Assembly (NCBI GenBank): GCA_963555755.3
Contig: OY820905.2
Location: 2,848,001-2,912,000, forward strand
Source of the DNA: Nitrospirales bacterium
GTDB lineage: Bacteria > Nitrospirota > Nitrospiria > Nitrospirales > UBA8639
DNA length: 64,000 bases
Direction of reading: 5' to 3'
Under the pieces are notes generated by a model. It ran no database searches. It was not told the DNA's origin and saw only the letters and a program-made list of their open reading frames with translations. Positions 1 to 8,769 of this stretch are shown here, in pieces (positions within the stretch are counted from its first letter, which is position 1; every line of letters starts with the position of its first letter). A program made the position numbers and the translations under genes.

Positions 1-286
1 CTCGCAGTTCCGTTTCGAGTTCTGAGATTGTAATGACCTCGGTGTTTACGATGGCGGCAATACCATCCTTGAGAGCCTTGAGAGGTTCGGCGAAAGAAGA
101 GGTTGGGGGAAAGATAAAGAGCCCCAGTAATATGACGATGGGCAATCCCATCATAAATCGGCTGCGCGGGAGAACCCCCTCACCCTCCCCTCTCCCCCTT
201 TGAGGGGGCGAGGGATAAGAGAAGGCCTGGGATTCTGAAGTCAGTACTTTATGGCTAGGTTTCACGAGTTTACGATGATGAGTCAT
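1..286 (-). CDS. SurA-like periplasmic chaperone/PPIase, N-terminal part only (runs off the window)
   Basis: Manual translation gives a signal peptide MMGLPIVILLGLFIF..SFA then DGIAAIVNTEVITISEL (SurA N-terminal motif). Start is ATG 286 or ATG 154. Lies downstream of mfd. Confidence 0.7.
   Translation of the reverse strand, partial: MTHHRKLVKPSHKVLTSESQAFSYPSPPQRGRGEGEGVLPRSRFMMGLPIVILLGLFIFPPTSSFAEPLKALKDGIAAIVNTEVITISELETELR
175..215. repeat. REP-like palindrome family F (CCCTCACCC..CCTCTCCC..GGGGCGAGGG)
   Basis: Similar copies at about 42517, 44582, 57283 and 60606. Confidence 0.7.
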
Positions 287-330
287 TGAAAGAGAAAGGG
301 AAAATATTTTGTCGAGCTTTATCATGGTGA

Positions 331-3300
331 TCATACCTGAACGGGTTCAGATGGTGCGTTGAGTAGGCCTTGAAGAATTGTATTTAATTCGCCGACTTGA
401 GCCGCCCACTCCTCTTGGCCGGTTTGAATGGCGATCGACTGCGGCGAAAGAAACCGTATGCTGCCTTCGCGGAATTGCAGGAGCCAGTCGAGTCTTTCTT
501 GCGCAATCGTGGCCTTGGGGTCAAGGGTAAGGGTGATGGTCCCTTTGTTGACTTCCAACGATTCCAAACGAAGTTTTTTCGCAAAGAGTCTAATCTGCAT
601 GACTTCAAATAATCGCTCGACCGCATCAGGCAGCGGGCCATACCGGTCCTGAGTTTCTTCGTGAAGCAGGGCCAGATCCCCAATCTTTTGGCTGGCAGAC
701 AATCGTTTATAAAGCGAGAGTCGTTGGTGTCCATCCTCAACGTAATCATCCGGGATGAAGGCTGACACATTCAAGTGCAAGGTTGGATCAACCTCTTCTT
801 CGACCTCTTCGCCCTTCATGTGCTGTACGGCTTGTTCAACCATCTGCATGTAGAGGTCGAGGCCTACGGCAGCAATATTTCCGGACTGTTGCTTGCCGAG
901 AAAATTGCCAGCCCCACGGATTTCCAAATCGGCCGCGGCAATGCGGAACCCGGATCCCAATTCGGTAAACTCTTGAATGGCCATGAGTCGCTTTTGCGCC
1001 TCGGTGCTCAAGACCTCTTCGTTGGGGAAAAAGAAATACGCATAGGCCTGGTCACCGGCTCGACCCACCCGGCCGCGCAATTGATACAATTGTGCCAAGC
1101 CAAACGTATCCGCGCGATCGACCAAAATCGTGTTTGCCCGTGCCACATCCAAGCCGGATTGAATGATAGCCGAGGCTACGAGAATATCCGCTTCACCATG
1201 AAAGAATTTTAACATGACGCCTTCCAACACGCGTTCATTCATTTGCCCATGCGCCATGAGTATGCGAGCCTCGGGCACAAGATCCTGAATCCAGCTTGCG
1301 GCTCGCTCCATACTTTGTACCCGATTGTGCACATAAAAGACTTGCCCCTCGCGCGCGAGTTCTCGGCGAATGGCCTCGCGAATGATATTCGGATTAGAGC
1401 GGAGGACTTGGGTGCGAATGGCCAGGCGCCCTTGCGGGGGTGTGTCAATGATCGATAGATCGCGCACTCCGGAAAACGCCATTTGCAGGGTTCGAGGAAT
1501 GGGTGTCGCGGTCAGCGTCAGAACATCCACCTGCTTACGCAGTTGCTTGAGCCGTTCCTTGTGCCGAACGCCAAACCATTGTTCTTCGTCGATGATGACC
1601 AGTCCTAAGTTTTTAAACTCCACGCTTTTTTGCAGCAACCGATGTGTGCCGATGACAATATCGACGATACCGGATGCCAAGTCCGGCAACAGGGCTTTGA
1701 CGTCCTTAGGACTTTGGAATCGCGAGAGGACACCGACGCGAACCGGGAACGGAGCGAACCGGCGACAAAACGTTTCGTAGTGCTGTTGGGCGAGAAGTGT
1801 GGTGGGGACAAGGACGGCCACTTGCCGGTTGTCCTGCACGGCTTTGAATGCCGCACGCATGGCGACCTCGGTTTTGCCGTATCCCACATCGCCGCAAATC
1901 AACCGGTCCATGGGCTTGGCTAATTCCAAATCTCGTTGGATATCCTCGATGGCTTTGATCTGGTCCGGAGTCTCTTCATAGTCAAACGCCGCCTCGAACT
2001 CGTGGGTCATGGTCGTGTCTTCAGTATAAGTGCGTCGGGTCGTAACTTCACGACTGGCATACAATTCCACCAGTTCGTGGGTCATGTCTTCGATGCCCTT
2101 TTTCACTCGCGCTTTGGTTTTGGCCCAACTCGTCCCGCCGAGTCGGTCCAGCTTTGGCGCGTTGTGCTCACCCCCTCGATATTTCTGGACTTGGTTGATG
2201 CGGTCGAGCGGCACATACAAGGTATCTTTGCCGGAAAATTCCAAAATCAAATAGTCGCTTTCAAATCCCTGGACGGAAAGATGACGTAACCCTTTGTAAC
2301 GACTGATGCCATGCTGCACGTGAACGACATAATCCCCAGCATTGAGATCTTCCAGCGAAGATAAAAACTTCGCGGTTTTACTTTTGGGTTGAGGACGGTG
2401 CCGTGAAACTTTGGCGAAAAGATCATCCTCGGTCACGATCGCAAACGGTGTGTCCTGCACCAGGAATCCCGACGAAAGGTATCCTTGTTGAATGTAAAAT
2501 GGCTCACGTTCCGATGGAGTGGATTTCAGCGAAGGTTTTCCTTCAATAGCTGGTGCTTGGTGTTCGGCGAACAGCGCCAACAGGCGGCCAACCTGACCAG
2601 TTGAACGAACCACGACGGTCACGGGTCCTTGGGTACGCAACTGTTCAAGAATTTTGAGGGTCGCGGTGAAGGAAGTGCCACGTAATCCCAACCCCACGCT
2701 TTTGAGGGATTGAAGCGATACCGGAATGACCGGGTCCCACTCGCCCTCAGTCGGTGGGATGACGTCACTCGCCACGATGGGGCTCGACGCCATCAAGTCC
2801 AGAAACTCGTCCCAAATGAGATAATGCGCGTCAGGCTCAGGATACGGTACGCCTGTGTCTGATTGTTCCAGTTGTTCCCACGTTTCAAGTAACCTGTCCC
2901 ACATGGTTTGCGCTTCATGCGCCAGGTTCAATGGACGATCCATGAGGACGAGTGGAGCCTCCGTGAAATATTCGAACAGCGTGTCCATGGATCCATACAG
3001 CTCGGGGGATCGCCATTCGGCATCCGGGGTAAGAGCCGGCAGTTCGGAGTCCGCCAGCAGTTCGGAGTCCGCCGGCAGCTCGGAGTCCGATTCACCGAGA
3101 GGGATCAGGTATTCTCGGGCCGGCAAAATGTTGGCGAAGGAAACCCGTTCTGTCGATTCTTGAGAGGCCGGATCGAAAAGCCGAGTCGATTCCACGGTAT
3201 CGCCGAGGAACTCGATGCGATAGGGTTCACTTTCCGCGGTGGAAAAAATGTCCACAATACCTCCTCGGACACTGAATTCCCCGGGAATCTCGACAACGGA

Positions 3301-3864
3301 GACTCGGCGGTACCCAATTCTGAGAAGGTGGGTGATCAAGGGTTCACGATCAATTGCACTGTCGACTTTCAGGGTTAGGCAAGACTGAGTAAAAACCGAA
3401 TGGGGCACAAGTCGTTGCAACGCGGCTTCCGGCGTGGTGATGACCATGGTCGGTTGCTGTTCATGCAACCGAAACAGCGTGCGCATTCGTTGAGCCACCA
3501 GATCCACCGAGGGCGCCGTGGCTTCGTACGGCGTGGTCCCTCGATTTGGGAAAAACGCCAGCGTCTCTGTGGAAAGGGCAAACAGGTTAAAGAAGAAGTG
3601 CAGGTCTTGGTAGAGCTGAGCCGCTTCGTCATGAGTAGGCGTGAGGATAATCCATGAATGCGGAAGTTGCGTCCTAGTATTCACGGTTGTGGCTGAAGAG
3701 CCGGTGCCTGGTAAATTATTGGTCAACAGGCTGATGGTAAAGGCCAGACTCGCTCCATGGGGTCCAACCAGGAAAGGCTTGGTTTCCGGTCCCGCTAAGG
3801 CGTCGAGAACGGACTGTAAGGTTTGAGTTTCTAAGGTGCGCATGGGCATGTTTGGTTCAAACAA
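331..3864 (-). CDS. mfd: Transcription-repair coupling factor Mfd
   Basis: UvrB-like module, CarD/RID (DYVVHVQHGI), GDVGYGKTEVA, DEEQ, TATPIPRT, QLRGRVGR, TRCF C-terminus. Confidence 0.98.
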   Translation of the reverse strand: MFEPNMPMRTLETQTLQSVLDALAGPETKPFLVGPHGASLAFTISLLTNNLPGTGSSATTVNTRTQLPHSWIILTPTHDEAAQLYQDLHFFFNLFALSTETLAFFPNRGTTPYEATAPSVDLVAQRMRTLFRLHEQQPTMVITTPEAALQRLVPHSVFTQSCLTLKVDSAIDREPLITHLLRIGYRRVSVVEIPGEFSVRGGIVDIFSTAESEPYRIEFLGDTVESTRLFDPASQESTERVSFANILPAREYLIPLGESDSELPADSELLADSELPALTPDAEWRSPELYGSMDTLFEYFTEAPLVLMDRPLNLAHEAQTMWDRLLETWEQLEQSDTGVPYPEPDAHYLIWDEFLDLMASSPIVASDVIPPTEGEWDPVIPVSLQSLKSVGLGLRGTSFTATLKILEQLRTQGPVTVVVRSTGQVGRLLALFAEHQAPAIEGKPSLKSTPSEREPFYIQQGYLSSGFLVQDTPFAIVTEDDLFAKVSRHRPQPKSKTAKFLSSLEDLNAGDYVVHVQHGISRYKGLRHLSVQGFESDYLILEFSGKDTLYVPLDRINQVQKYRGGEHNAPKLDRLGGTSWAKTKARVKKGIEDMTHELVELYASREVTTRRTYTEDTTMTHEFEAAFDYEETPDQIKAIEDIQRDLELAKPMDRLICGDVGYGKTEVAMRAAFKAVQDNRQVAVLVPTTLLAQQHYETFCRRFAPFPVRVGVLSRFQSPKDVKALLPDLASGIVDIVIGTHRLLQKSVEFKNLGLVIIDEEQWFGVRHKERLKQLRKQVDVLTLTATPIPRTLQMAFSGVRDLSIIDTPPQGRLAIRTQVLRSNPNIIREAIRRELAREGQVFYVHNRVQSMERAASWIQDLVPEARILMAHGQMNERVLEGVMLKFFHGEADILVASAIIQSGLDVARANTILVDRADTFGLAQLYQLRGRVGRAGDQAYAYFFFPNEEVLSTEAQKRLMAIQEFTELGSGFRIAAADLEIRGAGNFLGKQQSGNIAAVGLDLYMQMVEQAVQHMKGEEVEEEVDPTLHLNVSAFIPDDYVEDGHQRLSLYKRLSASQKIGDLALLHEETQDRYGPLPDAVERLFEVMQIRLFAKKLRLESLEVNKGTITLTLDPKATIAQERLDWLLQFREGSIRFLSPQSIAIQTGQEEWAAQVGELNTILQGLLNAPSEPVQV
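3035..3088. repeat. 3 x 18-bp in-frame tandem repeat inside mfd
   Basis: GCCGGCAGTTCGGAGTCC / GCCAGCAGTTCGGAGTCC / GCCGGCAGCTCGGAGTCC. Confidence 0.95.
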
Positions 3865-4056
3865 CCCCCGGCGAGGTGGCCATTCTTTCTAGGAGGTAGT
3901 TGATTTGGGAAGGAACGGATCGTGAGGCGTTTCCCACGTTTTAATGGTATCACGTATTAAAACAGCTGAGTTCATTTTTTGAGACTGTTGAATAATTGAA
4001 AGATTTTCATCATGCCATTTTCATGTAACACATCTTATGAAACGCCAGGAGGAACA

Positions 4057-4178
4057 GGGGATGTTCAAAAAGGTGCGTTCAGCAAGGCCGCAGGTCCTTT
4101 GACGCGCGGAGCGTACTCATAGTACGTGAGCACGACAAAGGACCGAGAACGCCGCTGACGCCCTTTTTCAACATTCCC
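4057..4178. mobile_element. RPE/ERIC-like MITE family B
   Basis: Terminal IRs GGG(A)ATGTTCAAAAA..TTTTTCAACATTCCC, core GGAGCGTAC..GTACGTGAGCAC; several copies in window. Confidence 0.85.
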
Positions 4179-4650
4179 TTTTTTGAATGCGTTCGATGAT
4201 CAAACTTGTGGAGACATCGGGGGTCAGGGAAATACTCTTCACCGTACCGCCTCGTTTCTCCACAATTTCTTTTCCAACAATCTGGTCAAGAGGCCAGTCG
4301 CCGCCTTTAACGAGGACATCAGGTTGAAGCATTTCGATAATCTGAAGCGGGGTCGATTCATCAAACCTCACGACATAGTCCACGCAGGTTAATGCGGCCA
4401 GTACTTCTATTCGCTGATCCACCGGGGTCAGAGGTCGTCCAGGCCCTTTAGTCAAGGAGCGTACGGATTCATCACTGTTGACTGCCACGACCAACAGATC
4501 ACCTAGAGCCCTTGCGGATTGAAGGTAACGAATGTGTCCGATGTGAAGCAAATCGAAGCATCCATTCGTAAACACGACGCGCTCACCCTTCCGCTGTCGG
4601 TCTTGAAGGAGGCTTGAAAGCGTGTGGGGAGAGGTGATTTTATCCGTCAT
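4168..4650 (-). CDS. rfaE2: D-glycero-beta-D-manno-heptose 1-phosphate adenylyltransferase
   Basis: [28 protein letters not shown] motifs. Confidence 0.93.
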   Translation of the reverse strand: MTDKITSPHTLSSLLQDRQRKGERVVFTNGCFDLLHIGHIRYLQSARALGDLLVVAVNSDESVRSLTKGPGRPLTPVDQRIEVLAALTCVDYVVRFDESTPLQIIEMLQPDVLVKGGDWPLDQIVGKEIVEKRGGTVKSISLTPDVSTSLIIERIQKREC

Positions 4651-4826
4651 AGAACCCTACGCATGGGAATGTCAGATCCAGATTCTTTATGATACATTTT
4701 CAAGGACGGAAATCCTAGCTGGGATTTTGTTTTGTCTTAAGGGCAAACGTCATCTGACTGAAGGAGACTGATGCGTGATCTTAAGGCAGTGGCTGTGATA
4801 GTCTGCGTTCCTAGAAAGTCCTTGCC

Positions 4827-6314
4827 ATGAGTTCACTGATGACAACACAAGAAGGTCCTTCAATGCGAAGACAAAAAGCCGGGCTATTGGTGGCTCCAGC
4901 CCTTGCTGGCTTGATCTATCTCATTCCCTTTCCCAACCTTCCCGGTAATGCCCATGTGTTAGCTGCCATTCTTACGTGGGTTGTCGTCTCGTGGATTACA
5001 GAAGCCATTCCCTTGGCCATTACCTCGTTACTCGGGGCCGCCTTTTGCGTGGCTGCGGGTCTGGGGTCGGTCAAAACCGTGTTCTCAGCTTTTGCCCATC
5101 CGATTATTTTTCTCTTTATCGGAAGTTTCTTTTTGGCCGAGGCCTTTGTTGCCCACAAGGTTGATCAGCGTTTTGCCGTGTGGCTGTTGTCATTAAAATG
5201 GGTGAATGCGAAACCCGCAGGTCTTTTTCTTGCCATGGGACTCGCCACTGCCCTGTTATCGATGTGGATCAGTAACACGGCGGCCGTTGCTATCATGGTT
5301 CCCATGGCTCTGAGCATTCTTTCTACCCTTCGTCAGGGGGGCATGCCCTTGCCCTATGAATCCGGCGTGATGCTCCTTCTAGCCTATGGGGCGGCAGCGG
5401 GGGGAATTGCTACGATGATCGGGACCCCACCAAATCTGATTGGCGTGGGATTGCTCGCTGAGCAGGCGGGGATTGAGTTATCGTTTTTCGAATGGTTTTC
5501 GATCGGGTTCCCATTGACCTGTGTGATGTTTCTTCTCGTGTATGGAGTGTTAATGTGGTTGCACCCACCACCGCATGCGTTTCCGGCGCTTTCCGGACAC
5601 ATTCGCACGGTGGGAGGGGAGCAGGGAGCCTGGACTCGTGGTCAAAGAAATACCTGTTTGGCCTTAGGTCTGGCAATTGGATGCTGGATTGGCCCAGGCC
5701 TGTTGGCTATTGTTCTGGGAAGGGATGCTGAGATTGTGATATTTTTGAACGCACGACTTCCCAAAGAACTCGTGCCCATTTTCGCGGCGGGTTTGCTCTT
5801 TGTGCTGCCGATCAATTTTAAAGCCGGCGAATTTACCCTAACCTGGGCGCAAGCGAAGAACATTAATTGGGGCACGATTTTGTTATTTGGGGGCGGATTA
5901 GTGTTTGGTCATTTGATGGTCGAAACAGGCTTGGCGAAGATCTTTGGGCAAGGCCTGGTCGATGTGTTTGGCGTTCAAACTCTGTGGAGCTTAACGGCCG
6001 TGGCTATTGGCGCGGCCTTGTTGTTAACGGAGATTGCCTCAAACACCGCTTCCGCGAGTATGCTCGTACCGGTTGTAATTGCGATTGCCCAAGCTGCGGA
6101 TGTCTCCCCCATTCCACCGACCATGGGGGTCTGTCTGGCCGCGAGCTTAGCCTTCGTGTTGCCGGTTTCCACTCCTCCCAACGCCATTGTGTATGGAACG
6201 GGATTAGTGCCGATTCAGCATATGCTGCGGGCGGGGATTCTTTTAGATATCATTGGTGCGGTGTTGGTTTGGGTCACCTTGTGGCTTATGTGTCCACTGT
6301 TGGGATTGGCATGA
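4827..6314 (+). CDS. SLC13/DASS family sodium:dicarboxylate/sulfate symporter
   Basis: SMWISNTA, IGTPPN, SNTASA, PVSTPPNA motifs; many TM helices. Confidence 0.92.
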   Translation: MSSLMTTQEGPSMRRQKAGLLVAPALAGLIYLIPFPNLPGNAHVLAAILTWVVVSWITEAIPLAITSLLGAAFCVAAGLGSVKTVFSAFAHPIIFLFIGSFFLAEAFVAHKVDQRFAVWLLSLKWVNAKPAGLFLAMGLATALLSMWISNTAAVAIMVPMALSILSTLRQGGMPLPYESGVMLLLAYGAAAGGIATMIGTPPNLIGVGLLAEQAGIELSFFEWFSIGFPLTCVMFLLVYGVLMWLHPPPHAFPALSGHIRTVGGEQGAWTRGQRNTCLALGLAIGCWIGPGLLAIVLGRDAEIVIFLNARLPKELVPIFAAGLLFVLPINFKAGEFTLTWAQAKNINWGTILLFGGGLVFGHLMVETGLAKIFGQGLVDVFGVQTLWSLTAVAIGAALLLTEIASNTASASMLVPVVIAIAQAADVSPIPPTMGVCLAASLAFVLPVSTPPNAIVYGTGLVPIQHMLRAGILLDIIGAVLVWVTLWLMCPLLGLA

Positions 6315-7087
6315 GTTCTCTCCTGGAAATTAAACAAAGTCATACGGTGATTGTGGTGTTACCGGCGTACAACGCCGAACGAACCTTGGAGCAAACCGTG
6401 AAGGATATCCCTCGAGATTGGGTGGATGAAATTCTCCTGGTTGATGATGCGAGTCAAGATGAAACCTGGCATGTGGCCCAACGACTCGGGGTGGCAACGG
6501 TGAGGCATCAGGAAAATCGCGGGTATGGAGGAAATCAAAAAACCTGTTATGCCGAAGCCCTCAAGCGCGGGGCAGATATTGTCGTGATGGTGCATCCGGA
6601 TTATCAATATGATCCCGCGCTGATTCCACAGCTCATCGAGCTGCTGCTTCGGAATGAGTCTGATGCGGTGTTTGGTTCTCGCATGCTCGGGGGGCAATTT
6701 ATCGAAGGCGGCATGCCACTCTGGAAATTCTATGGCAATGTGATGTTAACGGCCCTGGAAAACATGGTGTTACACGTGTTTCTTTCCGAATACCACTCCG
6801 GATTCCGGGCCTATTCCAGACGGTATCTGCAGAGGGTGAACTTGCTCGCGAATTCGAATGACTTTGTGTTTGATACCGAAATTATCGTACAAGGGATCGC
6901 TCAGGGCCTCCACATTCGCGAAGTACCGATCACCACGAGATATTTCGACTCGGCCTCCCAAATTTCTTTTTGGAAAAGTGTGCGGTATGCCCTGTCCATC
7001 ATAGGCGTGTTGACGAGGTTTCTCCTACACCGGAGGGGTTTGAGGTCTAGCAGGTTATTTGAGTCGCCGCGCTCGGGTGTCGAGTAG
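6311..7087 (+). CDS. Glycosyltransferase family 2 (DPM1-like)
   Basis: VVLPAYN, VDDAS, NRGYG, HPDYQY, HSGFRAY. The ATG at 6311 overlaps the upstream stop. Confidence 0.9.
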   Translation: MSSLLEIKQSHTVIVVLPAYNAERTLEQTVKDIPRDWVDEILLVDDASQDETWHVAQRLGVATVRHQENRGYGGNQKTCYAEALKRGADIVVMVHPDYQYDPALIPQLIELLLRNESDAVFGSRMLGGQFIEGGMPLWKFYGNVMLTALENMVLHVFLSEYHSGFRAYSRRYLQRVNLLANSNDFVFDTEIIVQGIAQGLHIREVPITTRYFDSASQISFWKSVRYALSIIGVLTRFLLHRRGLRSSRLFESPRSGVE

Positions 7088-7293
7088 GGCCTTCCTTAGG
7101 ACCTGAGAGAAAATAACTTGGACATCTCGCATCCAATCTTCGGGCCATCTTTGAACGGGCCTCAATCGAAACACCCTCAACATAGCTGTGCTATGCCTCG
7201 GGTTTTTCTCAATCGTTCCGTCCAAATCCGACCCAAATCTTGGCGCGATATTGTCCAAGTTATTTTCTCTCAGGTCCTTGGAAGAATCATTTA

Positions 7294-7878
7294 ATGAATA
7301 CACCCCTTCACATCGTCGTGGTCAGTTCCGATCCGACTGTCAGTTTGCACATGAAGGAGCAGGGGAATGGGGACATTGTGCTGGTGAGTGATCTCCAGAC
7401 CTTAGGTCAGACAGCCCGAACACGACCCATCGATGTGCTGGTGTTGAACGACGATGTTAAATTGGAAGACCTGGCCTTTTTGGGACCAACCCTTGATTTA
7501 TCGAAAACGGTGGTGATGGCTGGTCCATTGCCCCAGGTAGAAGCCGTCACCACAATCAGGGGCCTGTTGGGAGATCGAAAAGCTGGAAACCCATCTTCAG
7601 CTCGGTCAAATGTGACCCTTGAAGACTACGTTGAATCGAAGTTCAGTGAATTCGTCCGGGCCATGAAAGCCAGTTCTGCCCGAAGTTTATACGCCACGCT
7701 GATTCGCGCGGTTGAGCGTCCGTTGATTGAATTGGCCCTTCGAGAGACCCATGGCAACCAAATTCAGGCAGCCCAACTGTTGGGATTGAACCGAAACACC
7801 CTCCGAAAAAAGATCTCCGAGTGTAAAATCTCCATAAAAAGGCGACCACGGTCTCAGCGAGAAAAAGAACCGTCTTGA
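7294..7878 (+). CDS. Fis-family HTH_8 regulator
   Basis: C-terminal VERPLIELALRETHGNQIQAAQLLGLNRNTLRKKI. Confidence 0.85.
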   Translation: MNTPLHIVVVSSDPTVSLHMKEQGNGDIVLVSDLQTLGQTARTRPIDVLVLNDDVKLEDLAFLGPTLDLSKTVVMAGPLPQVEAVTTIRGLLGDRKAGNPSSARSNVTLEDYVESKFSEFVRAMKASSARSLYATLIRAVERPLIELALRETHGNQIQAAQLLGLNRNTLRKKISECKISIKRRPRSQREKEPS

Positions 7879-7896
7879 GACCCCCCTTGAACCTAG

Positions 7897-8185
7897 GAGC
7901 CTGTCCAAGATTAGGAATCGTCGCGAGGGGGTGCTAGTTTGAGTCAAATGTTTTGATCGTTTGAGGCGAATAGTTTGGCTATTTAACGAAAACGGGGAAT
8001 GTTCAAAAAGGCCATCCAGCAAGGCCGCAGGGGTTTTGGCGCGCGGAGCGTACACGGAGTACGTGAGCACGCCAAAAGCCCGAAAACGCAGCTGGGGGCC
8101 TTTTTCAACATTCCCCGAAAAAGATCAAAAGATCTGGCCAAATCCAGCGCACCCGCAGTAGATCCGTCTAATCTTAGACAGGCTC
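7897..8185. mobile_element. MITE family A with a nested family-B element (7994-8116)
   Basis: Ends GAGCCTGTC..GACAGGCTC with CTAG on both sides. The empty version of the element is at 50038-50197. Confidence 0.88.
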
Positions 8186-8284
8186 CTAGGTTCAAGAGGC
8201 CTCCTTCCTGTGAAAATCTTTTGAAGGTCATAGGGAGTTTCCCTAATCCCAAATCCAGACTTTCCTCAACAAATCAATCACTTC

Positions 8285-8314
8285 TTGACATTACCTCCAG
8301 GGCTCTACTAGCAT
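8285..8314 (+). promoter_or_regulatory. sigma70-type promoter for tRNA-Val/thrS
   Basis: TTGACA-N18-TAGCAT. Confidence 0.55.
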
Positions 8315-8326
8315 GGAAAGGTTGTG

Positions 8327-8449
8327 GAGCGCTATTGAAAAAGTCCGCCAGCGATGTTCTCGGCCCGTTGTCGTGCTCACGTACTCCTTGTACGCTCCGC
8401 TCGCCAACTGGCCTGTGGCCTAGCTGGACGGCCTTTTTCAACAGCGCTC
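8327..8449. mobile_element. MITE family B variant
   Basis: GAGCGCTATTGAAAAAG..CTTTTTCAACAGCGCTC IRs with the same core, reverse orientation. Confidence 0.8.
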
Positions 8450-8460
8450 TTTTCATGGAT

Positions 8461-8535
8461 AGGCGCGTAGCTCAGGGGGAGAGCGCTACCTTGACACGGT
8501 AGAGGTCGACGGTTCAATACCGTCCGCGCCTACCA
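8461..8535 (+). tRNA. tRNA-Val (GAC)
   Basis: AGGCGCG acceptor stem, anticodon GAC at 8493-8495, GGTTCAATACC T-arm, CCA end. Confidence 0.97.
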
Positions 8536-8561
8536 TTTTCGTGTCATCATCCCTCATGCCC

Positions 8562-8722
8562 CTAGAAACGGCAGTTGGATCACAAAAGTCCGCGCAAGAT
8601 ATTGGCGCACCTAGCACAATAAAAAAATGTCTCGTCACCACAAAGGTGACCATGACTTTTTTTATTGCACCAGGTGCGCCAATATCTTACAGGTTTGTTT
8701 TGCGCCCAACTGCTGTTTCTAG
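8562..8722. mobile_element. Long near-palindromic MITE (family E)
   Basis: CTAGAAACGGCAGTTGG..CCAACTGCTGTTTCTAG; inner arms AAGATATTGGCGCACC/GGTGCGCCAATATCTT. Confidence 0.8.
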
Positions 8723-8769
8723 GATGAACCATTCTTAAACAGGGTAGTCATTTTTTACGATTTAGAGTT

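Noticed and set aside
5867..6310. N-terminal extension of the GT2 ORF
   Set aside because: Overlaps the transporter in another frame; the real start is likely 6311.
7961..8738. ORFs 7999-8502, 7983-8252, 8274-8456 and 8541-8738
   Set aside because: They are translations of MITEs and overlap the tRNA region.
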